Assembly (NCBI GenBank): GCA_008632985.1
Contig: QPGO01000028.1
Coordinates: forward strand, 181,598 to 245,597
Origin: Psammoneis japonica
Taxonomy: Eukaryota
DNA: 64,000 nucleotides
Direction: 5' to 3'
A model generated the notes under the pieces. That model was given only the letters and a program-made list of their open reading frames with translations, was not told the DNA's origin and searched no databases. Below, piece by piece: positions 1 through 11,739 of this stretch (positions within the stretch are counted from its first letter, which is position 1; each line of letters starts with the position of its first letter). The translations under genes were made by a program, and so were the position numbers.

Positions 1-1775
1 GCAGAATGCAGGTTTTCTGAGCATCATCAGCAACATGCACTTTGGCCTCATTGAATGCATGGGCCCATTCTTCCTCTGTGCTGCACTGCAGCATTGTCCG
101 GAGGTAGTCCTTTGTCTTTTCATGATGGAAAATGCTAAAATTGTCAGGGTTTGGCCAAACTTCATTGAAAGCATGGTGAAAATCACACCGCAGCACAATG
201 TCAAGGTCGTTGCCTGGGCTTTCGACAAAGCCACTGGTTGGGTGCTGGTCAGCAAAGATGATCCTGACATCTGAGATTTGCCACTTGTTTTCCATGATGC
301 TTTCCACAGACTCAAGAACAAAATGACAGTGCTTGTGATCCTCCTCCAGGCAGAGGCCTTGTGCAACAGCACGAGGTTTCATCTCAGAGTCCTTCACTGC
401 CGGACCAATGTATGGCCAACCAGCCTTGTTGTGCTGTTGCTTCTGAGCATCTAGGTGGAGCACATCACCACACCTCTTGAGGTCACGTTTCATTTCAAGG
501 GTCATGTGGCAAACTGCTTCTGGTCTGCCATTGTCATCACTCATCAATCGGAAGTCAAATCCATGGTTTGATTCTTTCATGGCTTCAAGAAAATGAAGTG
601 CATTCCAAGTGGATGAGTCCTCCTGCATCACACGTCAAAGCATGGCATGTAGATTCTTTCGAGCAATGGTTGAGTCACCAATGATGAATTCATCAGCTGC
701 ACTCTTTCGGCATTTCTTTGCCAGGTCTTCTGCAAACTGAGCTGCAACCTGACACTCCTGGGGGTCTGCATTGATCAACCATGTTTGGACATGACGCTTG
801 AAATTTTTTATGAAGGTTGCATCCATTGAGGCACAGACTGGCATGTGCTTCTGCAACAATGGCCGCAGTTCCCTGGGCTCCACTGATGGATTTGACTCAA
901 TCCGATCAATCACTGACTCAAGATGAGCAAGATTTGGTTGGAGGTTGCCACCAGTCTCTTTTGCCTTGCGGTGGAAAACCATGTTGAGGTCATGAGAATG
1001 GTGACAGTTTGCTGGGGCAATCTTCACAAGGTGAAAAATGCCTGGTTTTGTTGTGCCCAATTGAGGGTCAACACACTTGTTGACAAGAGAGTGCCGAATC
1101 ACAAATGGACATGTTTGCACTGCTCTTTCATGGACTGCTTCTGGTGCCTGCGGCTGCCACTGCCTTGCAATTGATCCAAAGGCTTTCTTTTTTTCTCTTT
1201 GCATGCATCTGACTTGGTGTCACTGAAGTGACAAACAATTTGCTTCCCATCATGAACACAAGAAATGGCCCACACATCAAGAAACTGGATGGCAGCTTGG
1301 TGCAACTGCTTGCAGCCAGCAAAGTGACGACCATCAGGAAACATGAGCTTGCACTTTGTCTTGAAAGAATCTAGAGATTGTTGGCTCTCATTGGCATTGG
1401 AGATGTCTTCTTCTGTGGGAGCAAGTTTAATGATCTCTTGTGCAAGATCCTCAGTTGACCAGCTCTTCTTGAGAAGTTCCTTGCTCTGCTCTTTGAGAGG
1501 GTGTGCTTCAGAATGCTCCCCACAATTGTTCATAAATGAAGGCATTGAGACCTTTTTAAGAGAGGGAGGGGGTGGAAGCACTGGTTGAGAGGAGGTGAAC
1601 TGAGCAGAGTCTCAGTTGCACCACTGTCATCTCCACATGTGTCAGAAATTGCACTGTCATTGTTTTCCAACAGCTCTTGCTGGGAGCTTGACAAATCATT
1701 GTCATCACTTTTGTCTGCCTCATGATCTGAGGACAAAAGGATAGATGAACCTTCATTGGTGTTTGACATCATGTG
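1..1775 (-). pseudogene. Mutator-like (MULE) transposase relic, frameshifted and hypermutated; runs off the window start
   Basis: Minus-strand frames (ORFs 1099..1581 and 635..1204, then downstream) read FDFRLMSDDNGRPEAVCHM..GDVLHLDAQKQQHNKAGWPYIGP..VRIIFADQ, resembling the first and second catalytic Asp regions of MULE transposases; TA nearly absent. Confidence 0.65.
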
Positions 1776-2239
1776 TGAAACGACAAGTTGACAACAAACA
1801 AGTGCAAGCCACAACTGTGTGCACTGCGGTGCATGTGTTGTCTGTTGTTGGCTCACCAAAAATCCTGGCGCGACAGAGACGTTATGAGCGAACAGTGAGC
1901 GTTAAAGTGCATTTTGTGGCATTCATGAACATGAATGCAAAATGAGATTGTTGCAAGATTCATCTGCCACGTCATTTTATTTAAAGAAGATTCGTGGTCT
2001 GCATTTGGTCTAGCGTGCAGTGGTCTGTCACGACCAGTTCTGCTCCAGCTGGCTAGAATGTCATTTGCGTTGCAGTGCTTTGCGGGGCGCCCGTGCGGTG
2101 ACGTCTAAAAATTAAAAACTCTTGGAAGCTCCGGCGACTCTATGTGGGAGACAACCCAACCAAGAATCTGAAGCTTTTTGAAATTGTGGGTCGGGAGAAT
2201 GATGCCCAGCCAAATCAAATTGTTGTCAAAGCTGTCTTC

Positions 2240-2685
2240 TCACCTCAATGTCAATTTTGCCATGTCTGCAAGAGCTGTGGCTCTTAATTTCTGTGTTAAC
2301 TCCAGAGCTTTTTTCTTCCCAACTCGCTGTGCAAACAATTGCAGCCATCCCCGAACCTCGTCATTCGCGCCTGCAATTCTTCCAATCTCAGCCAGGCGTG
2401 ATTCGCATTGTTCATCCGATTTTCGACCCTTGCATTCTTCCCTAGGACCAATGCAATGGTGCACTCGAAACAATGCTTCTGCACAGGAAACAAATGTGTT
2501 GTGAATGCACAGAGCGTCCGTCATGTGGTGGGGAGACCCCACTTTGCTTCCATCATAGCGCGAGGCATCCACCAGTGGTTTTCCTGGACATCTGTTCTGG
2601 TGTGGCTGATGACAGCGATGCCGCAGTGTGTGGAATTGATTTGGATCAAAGCCGTCCGGGACTTGGGAGTAAGTTTCATTGGAAG
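2240..2685 (-). pseudogene. 3' part of a glycosyltransferase (GT92/GT2-like) pseudogene split by the Copia insertion
   Basis: Reads SNETYSQVPDGFDPNQFHTLRHR..GKPLVDAS..LFRVHHCIG directly beyond the TSD; continues the fragment at 9904-10757 with a frameshift. Confidence 0.5.
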
Positions 2686-2973
2686 ACTTGGGATGCAACA
2701 ATGCACTGTGTGGGATGGAGAGTTCAGGACTCTCTTGAGGTTGTGCAATGCAACAGAGGATGACAAGAAGCAGTTTTGGGACAATGAGATGCGCCAAAGA
2801 TGCAAATTGTGAGAAGATCTCACGAGGGATTGGAGATGACATTGTGACCCAATGGTCGTGTGTGTCACTCCGATTGCTGTCGCTAGAAGACTCAACGGAC
2901 ATTTCTTCCGGAAGAAGAGATCCATGACCGGAAGCGTCATCCGTGAATCAGACTCGGTTGTTGACTCGTGACT
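2686..2973 (-). repeat. 3' LTR of Copia element 1
   Basis: Direct repeat of 9616-9903 with 8 differing dinucleotide sites; preceded on the minus strand by polypurine tract GGTTGAGAGGGAG. Confidence 0.95.
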
Positions 2974-3009
2974 CTCCCTCTCAACCGAAAAGAGAAGGAG
3001 AACTGTCAG

Positions 3010-6000
3010 TCACCAGCCCATGAGGGCTTTGCGACCAGCACGGAATAGATCAACAGTCAACCCTTTGGCAAACTGGTCAGCAAGCTGTGCAGCTGAGCTC
3101 ACAGGCTCAATTTTGATCTCCAAAGCCTCAACTTTAGCACAAAACCAATGGTGGGGAATGCCGATGTGCTTGGTTTGTGGGGACAATTTTGGCACACGGG
3201 CAAGTTGGAGGCAGGCAGCATTGTCTTCGTACACAACGGATGCTGGGAGGTCAGTGGAGTCAATGGGAGAATCCTCAGTTCCGTCGTTGGCGTGTCGGAA
3301 AGCCTTCGAATGTGTCGAAATGTCGGTCTGTCTGTCCGGCTGTCCGAAAACGAGCGCGTTGATTTCCTTCACGATCTCGCGAAGGGGGATGAGATCACGC
3401 ATCGCTTGGGAGAGGGCGACACACTCGGCTTCCATGGCAGAGAGTGCGACGAGGGTCTGCAACTTGGACACCCAGACAATCGGACATCCTGCATGACAAA
3501 TGACATGTCCCGTGCGTGACTTGACAGACGTGGGATCTTGTCCATCTTCAACACTGAAGAGTCCCGCGAAATCAGCATCAACATGGCAGTCGAGTCGTTG
3601 ATCGGCGGTTGGAGTTAGGATGAGTCCTTTATCGGCCGCATCCTTCAGGTGACGAAGAATGCGCTTGATGGCCGCAGCGTGGGAGGCCTTGGGTGCGCAG
3701 GAGAACCGTGCGACTTGATGGGTCGCGCAAGCAATGTCCGGGCGGCTGTTGGACGCTAGATGCATCATCATGCCGACCATGGAACGGCAGTCATGAGGCT
3801 CATCGAACGGTGGCCCGTCGGTGTCGCTGCCAGCAGGAGCAGGCAAGGCAGGAGTGGGTGCGCCGTTGCACTCAGTCATCTGTGCAGTGTGGAGAACTTT
3901 CTCAATTAGGCCGGGTTGGGTCAGGAGGAATCGGCCGTCTTCGAGCTTTTGAATCTTGATGCCTGGAAAGTTGCCGACTTCGCCTTCATCACGTAGATCA
4001 AAGACATGGCGTTGCTCATCGTTGGAAATGCCCAACTTGGCAATCTCTGCTTCCAAGGCTTGGGCCGATGCGCCGGCGAACACGGCATCATCAACATGTG
4101 CCACACACAACACACCCTTTTTGAAATAAAGACAAGGGTCAATGGCGGATTGAATCCATCCTCTTTCGAGCAATCCGTCCCTCAGCTTTTCATGGAAGCA
4201 CTTGGGAGACTGGCGCAGGCCGCACAGGCCTTTCAATGATTTCAGTGCCAGATCGGCGCCCGATTTTGGCTGGAAACCCTTGGGAGGCTCTACACAGACC
4301 TTCTCCTTGACATCAGCTTGGCAGAAGGCTGCAGTGCAGTCCACTTGACGTGCAGTCCAACCTTCCTTGAGCACCGTGGTGAGGAGAAGGCGCATGGACG
4401 ACCATTGCACTGCCGGCGCGTGGGTCTCGAAAAAATCGATCCCGTGTTTCTGTAAATCGCCGTGAACGCAATGTCGTGCCTTGCACTTCAAGGGCGTGCC
4501 ATCCGGGAGTCGTTTGAGTTTGAAAGCCCATGTGCCGGGTAGCACATTCACATCTGCCGTTCTTGGCACCATTTCCCATGCACGTCGGTGGAGCAGCACG
4601 TTGGCTTCAATTTTCACAGCCTCAACCCACTCTTCGGATTCATCGCTGCGCATGGCCTCGTGNNNNNNNNNNNNNNNNNNNNNNNNNNNNNNNNNNNNNN
4701 NNNNNNNNNNNNNNNNNNNNNNNNNNNNNNNNNNNNNNNNNNNNNNNNNNNNNNNNNNNNNNNNNNNNNNNNNNNNNNNNNNNNNNNNNNNNNNNNNNNN
4801 NNNNNNNNNNNNNNNNNNNNNNNNNNNNNNNNNNNNNNNNNNNNNNNNNNNNNNNNNNNNNNNNNNNNNNNNNNNNNNNNNNNNNNNNNNNNNNNNNNNN
4901 NNNNNNNNNNNNNNNNNNNNNNNNNNNNNNNNNNNNNNNNNNNNNNNNNNNNNNNNNNNNNNNNNNNNNNNNNNNNNNNNNNNNNNNNNNNNNNNNNNNN
5001 NNNNNNNNNNNNNNNNNNNNNNNNNNNNNNNNNNNNNNNNNNNNNNNNNNNNNNNNNNNNNNNNNNNNNNNNNNNNNNNNNNNNNNNNNNNNNNNNNNNN
5101 NNNNNNNNNNNNNNNNNNNNNGGAAGCCCGTGCCAGCTCCCTCTGTTTACGTTGAAGTTCTTCCGGAGTTGACCAATCGTCTTGAAGATGAATCGACTGG
5201 TCTTTTTCGAGGGGCATCTGGACACTTTGGTCCAGGCATGACTCTTCCCAGTGGCTTGGCGGCTCACTCTCCCTCGCGATCGAAGAGACGGCAGCAAAGA
5301 GATCGTCAAACACGACATGGCACTGGGGAGTGACGCTTCCTGTCTGAAGATTGAGCACAAGGGGCACCTCGCTGGAGTGGATGCTGCTCAAGCCGAGGAA
5401 GAGACCACGACGAGTGCGGGGTTGCCAGCGGGGCAATTTCTTGCCTTCTTGAAGTTTCGGATCAAGGACATAAACCGGACAGCCCCAGACGTGGACATCG
5501 CGAAGACCATGTCGGGGTGCAGCAGTGCCGGTAAAAATGTCCGTGGGGCAGCAGCCTTGAGCGTTGGGAGTCACGTCATAAATGTGCGTGGCATGAGACA
5601 CGGCCACAGGCCACAAAGAGCTGTCTGTGCCCCCCTTCCAACGGATGGATGCGTGGAGAAGCATCGCTCTCGCCATGTTGGAGACTGCAACGCCGTTCTG
5701 ATGGTGGGCGTTGGTTCCGCAAAAACGTAGACGTTGTTCGTGCTGTCGCATGTGTTGCACAAAAGCATTGGCCTTGAAAGCGCCAGAATCGGCAAGAAAT
5801 TCTTGGATGATGACGCCGTGGTCCATCGCGTGCTTTTCAAACGCTTGCTTCGCTCGCACCGTTTCCACAGCAGAGAAACCAAGTTGGTGTTCAATGTGTG
5901 GGTAACCGGAGGCATGATCCACAAAAATGCAGCCTCCTTTGTATTGCTGGGACGAGGCCTTCCCGCAGGAGTCGCAGGTTCGGCCGAGGAGACGGGATTC

Positions 6001-9000
6001 GAAGTGATCCACGCTGACGGCTTGGCCTGGGCGTAGATGCTCGGCTCGAAGAGCACCCTCACGCTCTGGAGTAGCCGCATGTTTGGCAGACTTGAGGGTT
6101 CGGCGATGTCCTTTGGCATGTTCGCACACCTCGCACCGCGGAATGTCGCAACGCGAAGCATGCTTGAATTTGGGTCGGAGAAAAGGTTCGGCCCGAAGCA
6201 GGCCTTGGATGCGTGGCACATTCAGGTGACCAAACCTGAAGCGCCATTCTTGAAGGAGCTTCTGACCGGAGGTGAGGTTCTGGTTATCCTCGTGCAACAC
6301 AGACAGATTGACTTGAGGAGCGGGTGCCACCCCGTTGGTCACAGACGCAACCGGCAAGTGATTTGACGCGTGCGCGACCTTGAGCGAACCGACGCCATCA
6401 ACATGCACTCGAAATGAGTCCTCGTCTCCCTCACATTTTCCTGTCACGCCATGTTCCTTGCTGTGGAGGCGTTGTGGGGATAGAAGACGTTGTCCGGCCT
6501 GAGGCACATGGTCCGCCATCGTCTTGACGACGAGCTCAGAGCCGTCCTCGTTGTGGAAAACCCAGGAGACGGGTCCGATGCCGGCGATGGTTAAGCCATT
6601 TGCTAGACCCCCAAGCTTCAATGGGCCATCAGGGATCGTCAGAGGTCCGACAAAGTCGTTTTCATCGTAAGTGATGGCCAAGGATGCGCCAGTGTCGCAT
6701 GTGACGGTGTGGCGCTCATGTGCCAGGCTCAGCAAAGCTTGCGGGTCGGCGGCGAGTTGTGCTAAAGAACGTTGGCCTGTCAATGCCTGCACAGAGGTGT
6801 GAGTGGGATGGGCTTCGGTTCCGTCAGCAGCTGCCTGGAGAAGCTTCACAGGGTCTTGCCATGGAGTGGTGTCCACGAAACCAAACTTGGTGGACAGCTC
6901 GTCGAAACGAAAACAGTCCGGAGAGAGCTCCTCAACCGTGTCAAAGCAGTGGCTCAGCTCGGTAGGGAGCGGGCCGAGGGCTTCCTCTGAATCACAGGTG
7001 TCGAAGTAGGACTCGGGGTCTTCTAGAGCTGGAGGGACACAGCAGCCTGGGGAAGAGCATGCATCGTTCTCCCAGAGCTGCGTGAATTTCTTGCTCAGAT
7101 GATGGTCCGGATCGCGCTCCACAAATTCGGCAAGCACTTGTCGCGCCTTGATCTTGTTGCATTCCACCAAACTGCCCGGATCTAACACTGTCTCATCGTC
7201 CAGTTCTTCAATGATCGAGTGGACCTGAGAGCCAGCTTTGGAGAAGCGAGAGGGGACATTGGAGAATGGATGCGTGGGAAGCTGACCGTTGAAAACAGAC
7301 GCCCAGACCATGATGGCTCCAGTCAGCACCATCCAGGTAGAGGGGAAACCGTGAATGGTTGGGATGAATGCCTTACGGCGCACACAACGAGGCAAGACAG
7401 GAATCGGCGCACAGCAAATGTGTGGCACCGTTTCCCAGAACACAGCAAACAGCCAGAAAACTCGGAGCTTCAAGAAGTTCCAGAAGAGCTCAAGACGAGA
7501 GCTCGGCGTTGCCTCCTCGATGCCACAATCAACATCTTGGGGTTCGGGATCATAAAATTCGAAACCGCGATGCTGGGTGCTTGGAGGTAAGTGCTCGTAG
7601 CTGTCTTCGAAAGGTGGGATGCTTGCCCCGGAAACGAGATCGTCTAACACGTCGTCGGACAGACCTTCCACGTGAGTTGCGATCGTGTCATAAAACACGT
7701 CCGGATTTTGAATCTCATGCACAGTGTGGGCCGGAAATAGCTCGATGGCTGACGGCAGGGAGTCAAAAGAGGAGTGAGCGTCGGAGCACTCGGAGTAATC
7801 GTCAGCGTCTTCGGGGTCAACCGTTTCAACCAAGATGGGAGCGGGTTTGGCCACGGCAGTCTCCCTCTCGGCCGATGGAGCAGGAGTGAACGTGACGGTC
7901 GTAGTCACTGGAGTCGAACTCAAAGAGTCGTCCACAGGTGCACACCACATGCCGCAATAAACCAGCTTGTTAGGGTCAGAGGGTTCGTCTGTAGGCGGAG
8001 ACGTCGTCTGCTTGGGAGGACCAAAAGGAATGCCCAAAGAGGGGTCCGACACAGCAGATAAATTTGCCGCAGCGGTGGTTTCGGTTTTGACAGACGGTTT
8101 CCCGGTGTGTTGAGCGGAGGAGTGGCCTTGACACATGCCCTTCTTGCCCGTTTCCTTGTTCACACACTTGTCGCACCAGTGCCAGGTCGTGCCTTTCTTG
8201 TCGGTGACAGTGGCACCTTTGTGAACGAAACGCCAGGCCGGCTTGGGTGGTTTCTTGGAAGGGTCAGTCTTCCGGACATCCGGAGGGTCATCCTTGGACT
8301 TGTCTGCCGTGCCCTTTTTGTCCTTCTTGCATTGCTCCTTGCAGGCAGGACACGTGCGTTTGGTGCACCCAACCTTGCCACAGCCGCAGCAATGCTTTTC
8401 CGAGTTGTCCTTGGCGAGGTTGGATTCCGGGAGCTTGGCTGCTAAGGCAGGCCAATCTTCATCGCTAATGAGTTCGCCATGGGTCTTGGTGATCCAGCCA
8501 ATGAGGCCAACAGGTCCAAGATCCGCACAGTCGGCATCCTTGGGGACTTCTGCCGGGTCACGCAAGCGACATTTGCGCTCCAAGCGCTTGACGGAGTCGA
8601 GCTTGGCAAAAACTTGACGATTGAAAAACTCGGAGGATGTCTTTGATGCCTCAGATAAAACAGTGGACCCAGTTTCAACTGGTGACGCACAGTCCGTCTG
8701 CATGATCTTGAGCAGGTGCAGAGCTTCGGTTGCAAGCTCGGTGCAGTCCTCGCCAGGGCAGGCATCCAGAGTTAAGTCGTTCAACTTTTCCTTGGCGGCC
8801 TTGACGTCAACCAGAGCACTGGCGTTGCAGGCATCCAGAGCCATCATAAATGAGACAGACCCCGGAAGATCCCTGCAGTTCTTCAAGTGATTGAACTTGG
8901 CTTCAATCTTTTCACGGAAGGTTTCGGTGACACGCGACTTGACGATGAGTTGTGACAAGCCGATGTCATCGATTTCACACTGATCGTAGCCTTCATCACC

Positions 9001-9462
9001 TGTGGCCGCCACACGGGTCTCACATTCCTTCTCAAGGTCTTTGACAGTGAAGGCGTGAAGATGATCAAAAAGGTGCACGACCTTGCCGTCGACTTTCTTG
9101 AGATGGTAGAAAGTTTCTTGTCCGTGCGACTCGACCAAGTCCTGAATGGTCTTGACAAAGTGGTCTTTGTCCAGTTCAGTGCTGGAACCGTTGGACAACT
9201 CAATCTGGCCGTTGAACTTGGATGTGGTTGCCGAAGCGAGTTGATCTCGGAGAGATGGATGGCGACGCTGCGAGGCAAAACGGCAGGTGCGGGTGTTGGT
9301 CTGCTCGCACTTGTTGTTCAGAGCCGAACCACCCAGATGCACTCCATGAGAGTGGTGGATGCCGCCGCGAAGCGGCGTGGGGATCGCAGGAGGGTTGGTC
9401 GAGGTTTGCATCTTGGCAAAGGCCTCAGCAAACATCTTGACGGCATCAGGATCCATGGACAT
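3010..9462 (-). pseudogene. Copia gag-pol polyprotein (Gag zinc knuckle, protease, integrase, RT, RNase H); open but mutated
   Basis: CCGCGKVGCTKRTC knuckle, DTGAS protease, GH..CEVC pre-integrase, VDHF..DSG integrase, KARHCVHGD / LCGLRQSP / HVDD RT, DADFAG / EAEC / EDNAAC / LADQFAK RNase H; spans an N gap. Confidence 0.93.
4663..5121. other. Assembly gap (459 N)
   Basis: Run of N between the integrase and RT regions. Confidence 0.99.
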
Positions 9463-9603
9463 GGTTGTGGATGATTCGACACAGAGGATCGATTAGCAGG
9501 CAGGGATTGCGACACAGAAGATCGCCGTTGGACAGGATGTCGTCTGCAACGAGACAAACGAGTGGCAGCAACTCCATCACGAGTTGACACCGGTGCATGG
9601 ATT

Positions 9604-9615
9604 GGGGTCGTAACC
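9604..9615 (-). promoter_or_regulatory. Putative primer-binding site (half-tRNA type)
   Basis: GGTTACGACCCC immediately after the 5' LTR; resembles the copia-type internal tRNA-Met PBS GGTTATGGGCCC, with mismatches. Confidence 0.5.
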
Positions 9616-9903
9616 ACTTGGGATGCAACAATGCACTGTGTAGGATGGAGAGTTCAGGACTCTCTTGAGGTTGCACAATGCAACAGAGGATGACAAGAAG
9701 CAGTTTTGGGACAATGAGATGCGCTAAAGATGCGAATTGTGAGAAGATCTCACGAGGGATTGGAGATGACATCATGACCTGACGGTCGTGTGTGTCACTC
9801 CGATTGCCATCGCTAGAAGACTCAACGGACATTTCTTCCGGAAGAAGAGATCCATGACCGGAAGCGTCATCCGTGAATCAGACTCGGTTGTTGACTCGTG
9901 ACT
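9616..9903 (-). repeat. 5' LTR of Copia element 1
   Basis: Direct repeat of 2686-2973; flanked by TSD GGAAG. Confidence 0.95.
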
Positions 9904-10757
9904 GGAAGGCTCTCGTTGTTTGCAAACAGAACACGGGGCAATGTCATGCACGGCTTGTCAAAATGCCAGCATCTGTTGGTGCGGTTCAACTCACTGGCTA
10001 AGCAGTGTGCCACCGTAGCCTCCCCGATTTTGGGAAGTCTTGAACGCGGATGCCCTCCCTTCTCAATGTCGTCCCGAAACTTCTTCATGCATGCAGCGCG
10101 TTCAGAAATGTTGACATGGCGACAGCAGGGACAAGCCACCTCTTTTTTGTCGCAGTCGTTAAAGACCCAATGCTCATCGGGATCAATTGGCACCGTCCAA
10201 GTTCTGTTCTGCCTCTTTAGGGAATTCAGACACGACTGAATAAATGCCTCTTGACATCGTAGAAACAGTTTTAGTCATTCTGTTCTGTCAGCCGAGGGGT
10301 TGACGCACTGTCCCTTGTTGAGATAATCTTCATCGTTCCACATTTCGATCGTCACATTTGGCAACGTGCGAAACTTCTCCAAAACCGGTTCTGGCGACAT
10401 TTTGCTGCAAGGATCTGCCGCAACAATCAAGTGACGAAGAGGCAGCACTTCACAACGACATGCTGTCCACTCTGGCAAGAGGTGATTGTCCTCCTTGACA
10501 ATGACACAAGCTGACATGTCAAACGGAAAATCAGATGGCAGCGAGGTGGGTGATGATGACAATGATTCGCAGTCTGTAGATTCACATCTGTCTTGGGTGC
10601 ATGGCAGTTGGAGCTCCACGTGAAAAGCACGGGTGAACAGGAAGATTGACAAACATGGGATGACGATCCACACCGGAAGTCTCTTGTTAAAAACAGCACC
10701 TCCCAGTCTCATGAGGGGCTTGTTCTTCTGTTTCGCGGTCTCTTCCGTGTTGATCAT
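9904..10757 (-). pseudogene. 5' part of a GT92/GT2-like type II membrane glycosyltransferase pseudogene
   Basis: N-terminal TM segment, SACVIVKEDNHLLPEW..PLRHLIVAADP, and WTVPIDPDEH (DxDE); internal TGA; Tyr replaced by Cys/His. Confidence 0.6.
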
Positions 10758-11739
10758 TGCTGTGCTCGGTCTTCATTCTTCACATTGCATGCAGCAAGTC
10801 GCCTTTAGTGTTTTGTGGTGTTCAGCCCCCAGCAGCGTTGCGTTGACAAAAAATTCGAAACTGACGGCGCACCGGGTTCGCAAAATCCTCCTCAACGGAC
10901 ATTGTGTAACGTCTGAATTACAAACACAATGTCCACACACGTTAGCCTTCATCCACGCGCGCCTTCCTGTCTGCCAGGTCAATTTTTCAAAAATAGAAAG
11001 CAAACGAGCAAGAGACGTTCAAATGCGCACTGTGCAAGACTGCAAGTGCACGGCAGCGTGGGTCATTGTGCGCAGTGCTGGACAGCATTTGGGCAATTGT
11101 TGTGAGAGATTGCAGTCATGACACATGAACACCTCGCTCCACCATGCCTGGTGCTCCTGTTGTTGTTGATTTTGTGCCAAGCCCTGCAACACTCAACTCA
11201 AGAACCTGCAGGTTCAGTGCACCACAAGAAAGCCCCTCCTTTTGCAGTGGCACATTGAGCTCTCAACCGCAAGGAGAAAAAAAACAAGAGATTCACTGTC
11301 ATTGCATGGCAAAAACTCAAAAAGTTCAATCATCCAAATTTCAAGTGAGCAAGAGAGGGGGGGAGGCTCATTGCTGGTGAAAGTGTTTGTGCAAGCCCTC
11401 ACAGCAGCTCAGGCTGACTTTGCCTCAGGATTTCCAAAATTGCCAGGATGCTGCCATGCTTCAGCGCACATGTGAACTGGACATGCAGCCCTTGTTTGGA
11501 GCAAGACAGTTGCCTGCCACCATGACCACTGAGCTCATTGATGGCTGTGCAAAGCTGTTGTGCTGCTTTTCCATTTTTCCACAGCTTCAGGGGCTGAAAA
11601 CCACAGAGCAAAAATTGCCAAGAGCCACATGATGCACACGATGAAAGGTGCAGTTGCTTTTGTCAAAGCGAAGATCAAAGTTTCTTGCTCAGATGTGCAA
11701 TGCAGAGTCTGCAGAGCTCTTTTCAACAAGCCAGTGATC

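Larger units (their letters stand above)
2686..9903 (-). mobile_element. Full-length Ty1/Copia LTR retrotransposon (diatom CoDi-like), inactivated
   Basis: Two 288-bp LTRs (2686-2973, 9616-9903), 5-bp TSD GGAAG (2681-2685, 9904-9908), PPT next to the 3' LTR, and a single gag-pol ORF in PR-IN-RT-RH order. Confidence 0.96.

Noticed and set aside
3010..9462. Alternative genetic code or RNA editing explaining Tyr to Cys/His
   Set aside because: Neighbouring host genes use TAY for conserved Tyr (GYGD, LYGRAG), and the changes occur on both strands and in non-coding LTRs.
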